From Naegleria gruberi (lineage: Eukaryota), in assembly GCA_000004985.1 (NCBI GenBank), contig GG738868.1: 64,000 nucleotides of DNA, one strand, 5' to 3'. The position numbers were made by a program, and so were the translations under genes. Shown one piece after another: positions 61,697 through 64,000 of the stretch; position 1 is the first letter of the stretch, and each line of letters opens with the position of its first letter. Below the pieces are notes generated by a model. The model was not told the DNA's origin. It saw nothing but the letters and a program-made list of their open reading frames with translations, and ran no database searches.

Positions 61697-64000
61697 TGTA
61701 GATAACTATTTGAGAGACGACGAAGGGAATGCGCGGGTATTTAATATTACTAGTTATTTGAAGGTAATCAGTTTTTTGATTCAAAATCTGATTTGGCGGT
61801 TTGATTGTTTTTTTTGTCTTCAATTTTATGTTGCACGATGGAGTGGCTCGTTTTGAAGTGAGCGGCAATCTTTCCCACGATCAATCAGTCTGATTCAGTT
61901 TTTCTCTTCGGGCTGATTGTTTGCATGCTTGGTCATAAAGAAATGCTGCTGATCGCATAGAGCTTGAATATCGACGGGAATGGATTCTTTAATTTACAAT
62001 TCTGAATACATCAATGCTACCAAAAGAGTTAGGGAATGTTGAGTGATGGGTCGAAAAAAGCATGTGTTGGCGCAATAAAACCAAATCCTACAGATATTGT
62101 CACAGTTTAATTGTGCTAATTGCCTGCATTATGTAGGAATAATATAATATACTCATTTCCTTTGTGGAGATTGACAATAATTGAAGTGGCCCATTCAAAG
62201 GCATTTTGCATAATCCGAAACGATGTGGGTTACTTGTTGGAGTTTGAATGACTATATTATTCTATACACGTTAGATATTTGATTTTACAATGAGGAGAAG
62301 ATCATCTACAGTGATTGAACATCTAAACCCAAAGATTTATCAGATCTATTGTGAAACAAACATGTCACCCACTACCCATCATCCACTATCTATTCATTGT
62401 ATCAGTTATTTCATCATCTACAGCGTTATCATTTCATTTACACTGTAGTGTTATCATTTCATTTACCAACTGCAGATATTTGCTCATTAAATTAATTGAA
62501 GTGAAGCCGAATCAAATAATATCGGTGTTATGCGTTAATTTGCAGACCACTCTTTCCTTATCTCGAAAAAATACCGTACGCAAACGGGACTTCGCAAGGT
62601 TTTTGAAAAAGGAGCAAAAATTCTCCTTCAACACATTTGAATACTACAACTTACAAAGAAGGTTTGTTAAAGTTATACAATCATCTCTGACAATATGATA
62701 TATTGTTTCTTTTGGATGTTTCATTTGCCTTCTATTTTTATAATGTAAGAGATTGAGTTTGTTTTGTATCAAAATGCAATAATTAGAGGTTTAGTCTCGA
62801 TTAATACAAAAATAGTCTTTTTATTACAGTTTTGCATAACAAGATTGATTTCAATTTATTTGGATCTGCTTCAACACATTTGAATCAATTAAGGATGTTT
62901 GATCAATTTATACAAAAAAAATCTCATTTAAAAATTCCCAAAATTACCTGGAAAGAGCCCTTAAATGGTGTATTGTAAATTGTATACAATGTTGATCTAA
63001 CAAACTCAGTGATCTAACTCAGTGTATTAATTTATTCTGCATCTCAACTCCAACAATTACAGTGATTTAAAATGCAATTTGAATGAATCTCTTCTGCTAA
63101 TTAAAATATGAATTTCTTATCTACTGATTGAAAGAAATTGTCAATTTGTGTATTGGTAGGGATGTTCAACATTTCCAATTCAAAACAAATACCAATCTAC
63201 GTTATTAGGGAAAATATTAAGTTTAATTCTTCAAATTATTCAAGATGGTTTATGGACGTCAGTAAAGATTATTCCAAAGTTGTCATCTGTTTCCAATTCA
63301 TGATTCTTGTTTCATTGGAAGTTAGCTTCAAAGCACATCAAGAAGCAAACCATTTTCGTTATGCATGTTCTAAGCCAACTATATCTCAAAACCTTCCATT
63401 AAATTAAGATATCACACCATACCAAACAGGAACCATTTCGAAATTAATCCATTTATACAATGTTGAAATTATTGGTTTTGGAGGATACAGATTAGAGAGT
63501 CTTTGGTATTGGATCACATTTTCTCTTGGTTTCATCTCTGATGGGGGAGCTGTTTTGCTGCCACCATTATTTTGTTTACATTTTCAATAAGCCAACAGAT
63601 TGACTGCAATTTAAGTCAACTTTCACCTTTCCAAATCACAATAAAAAAACATGAGAAAACCACCTAGGATTGAAAAATCGGAATGTTTCTGTCATCACTC
63701 CTTTTTATGCAATGGTTAGAGAAAAGCAGTACAATAATTGATGAACAGGTATTTGATAAATTTAATTGTTAAGAGATTTGCATCATGTCCCATCAATTTC
63801 TTCATCACTTAGCGTGAGGATTCAACAACACCTCTTTATTTCCCGCCAAGATTTTAGTACAACTTTTTATTCTAAATATCATTAAATTGAAAAAAATCCA
63901 TCACTGACTGCAATAGCATTAGTTTCAAATATATATTGAGCAGCTATTTTGTATGGAAAATAATATCCTTGATCCACAGAGAATAAGTGTAAATACTGAA

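Noticed and set aside
1-64000. Prokaryote-style features (operons, CRISPR arrays, defence islands, IS elements, rRNA)
   Set aside because: The window is eukaryotic nuclear DNA: spliceosomal introns with GT..AG ends, N-myristoylation motifs, and F-box, Myb, proteasome and Vps34 genes. I saw no direct-repeat/spacer arrays, no RT or transposase ORFs, and no rRNA-like segments.

Overview
This 64-kb window is compact, AT-rich eukaryotic nuclear DNA carrying about 40 protein-coding genes on both strands and one tRNA gene. It is not prokaryotic: genes are interrupted by very short GT..AG introns and many proteins have N-, Q- or K-rich tracts. No CRISPR array, rRNA gene or intact transposon is visible.

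- **Introns and starts.** The introns I could model are mostly 42-117 nt. Several genes begin with tiny 5' exons of 15-130 nt. Many 'M' starts in the supplied ORF track are actually TTG or GTG codons, so true starts often lie in a short upstream exon or at a later ATG.
- **Gene density.** Stop codons of convergent genes can sit 1-25 nt apart.
- **Organism.** The style resembles dictyostelid amoebae or an AT-rich early-diverging fungus or protist. I cannot assign the organism from sequence alone.

Recognisable genes, in window order:
- a DUF4116-repeat protein (partial, at the window edge)
- an N-myristoylated NCS-1-like EF-hand protein (5 exons)
- a P-loop NTPase of unknown family
- proteasome ATPase Rpt2/PSMC1
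- a DPY-30-like miniprotein
- HMCES/SRAP
- tRNA 2'-phosphotransferase TPT1
- an ACP5-like purple acid phosphatase
- GPI transamidase subunit GAA1
- several F-box and LRR proteins
- pyruvate kinase
- an NXF/Mex67-like mRNA export factor
- ornithine decarboxylase antizyme
- two paralogous TRAFAC-type GTPases, next to an inverted pair of paralogous transmembrane genes
- a UBC-E2 protein fused to an F-box
- an SLC35-type nucleotide-sugar transporter
- a WBP4-like U1 zinc-finger protein
- tRNA-Arg(ACG)
- a TPH-domain coiled-coil protein
- LAMTOR3
- EAF6
- the class III PI3-kinase Vps34
- an SH3-DH-PH RhoGEF
- a GT4 (TreT-like) glycosyltransferase (6 exons)
- a CUE/RGG/Q-rich protein
- the mitochondrial i-AAA protease YME1
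- a PP4R1-like HEAT-repeat protein
- an R2R3 Myb
- ribosomal protein S14
- a GATA-like plus PHD zinc-finger protein

The most interesting signals are:
- a canonical antizyme +1 frameshift context (UUU-UGA-U)
- a co-located module of two DMPG-motif GTPases plus a head-to-head duplicated membrane-protein pair, sharing seven AAACGTG promoter motifs
- a 122-bp copy of GAA1 coding sequence dropped into an intergenic region 15 kb away
- an E2-F-box fusion
- a 29-nt candidate micro-intron or frameshift in an LRR gene
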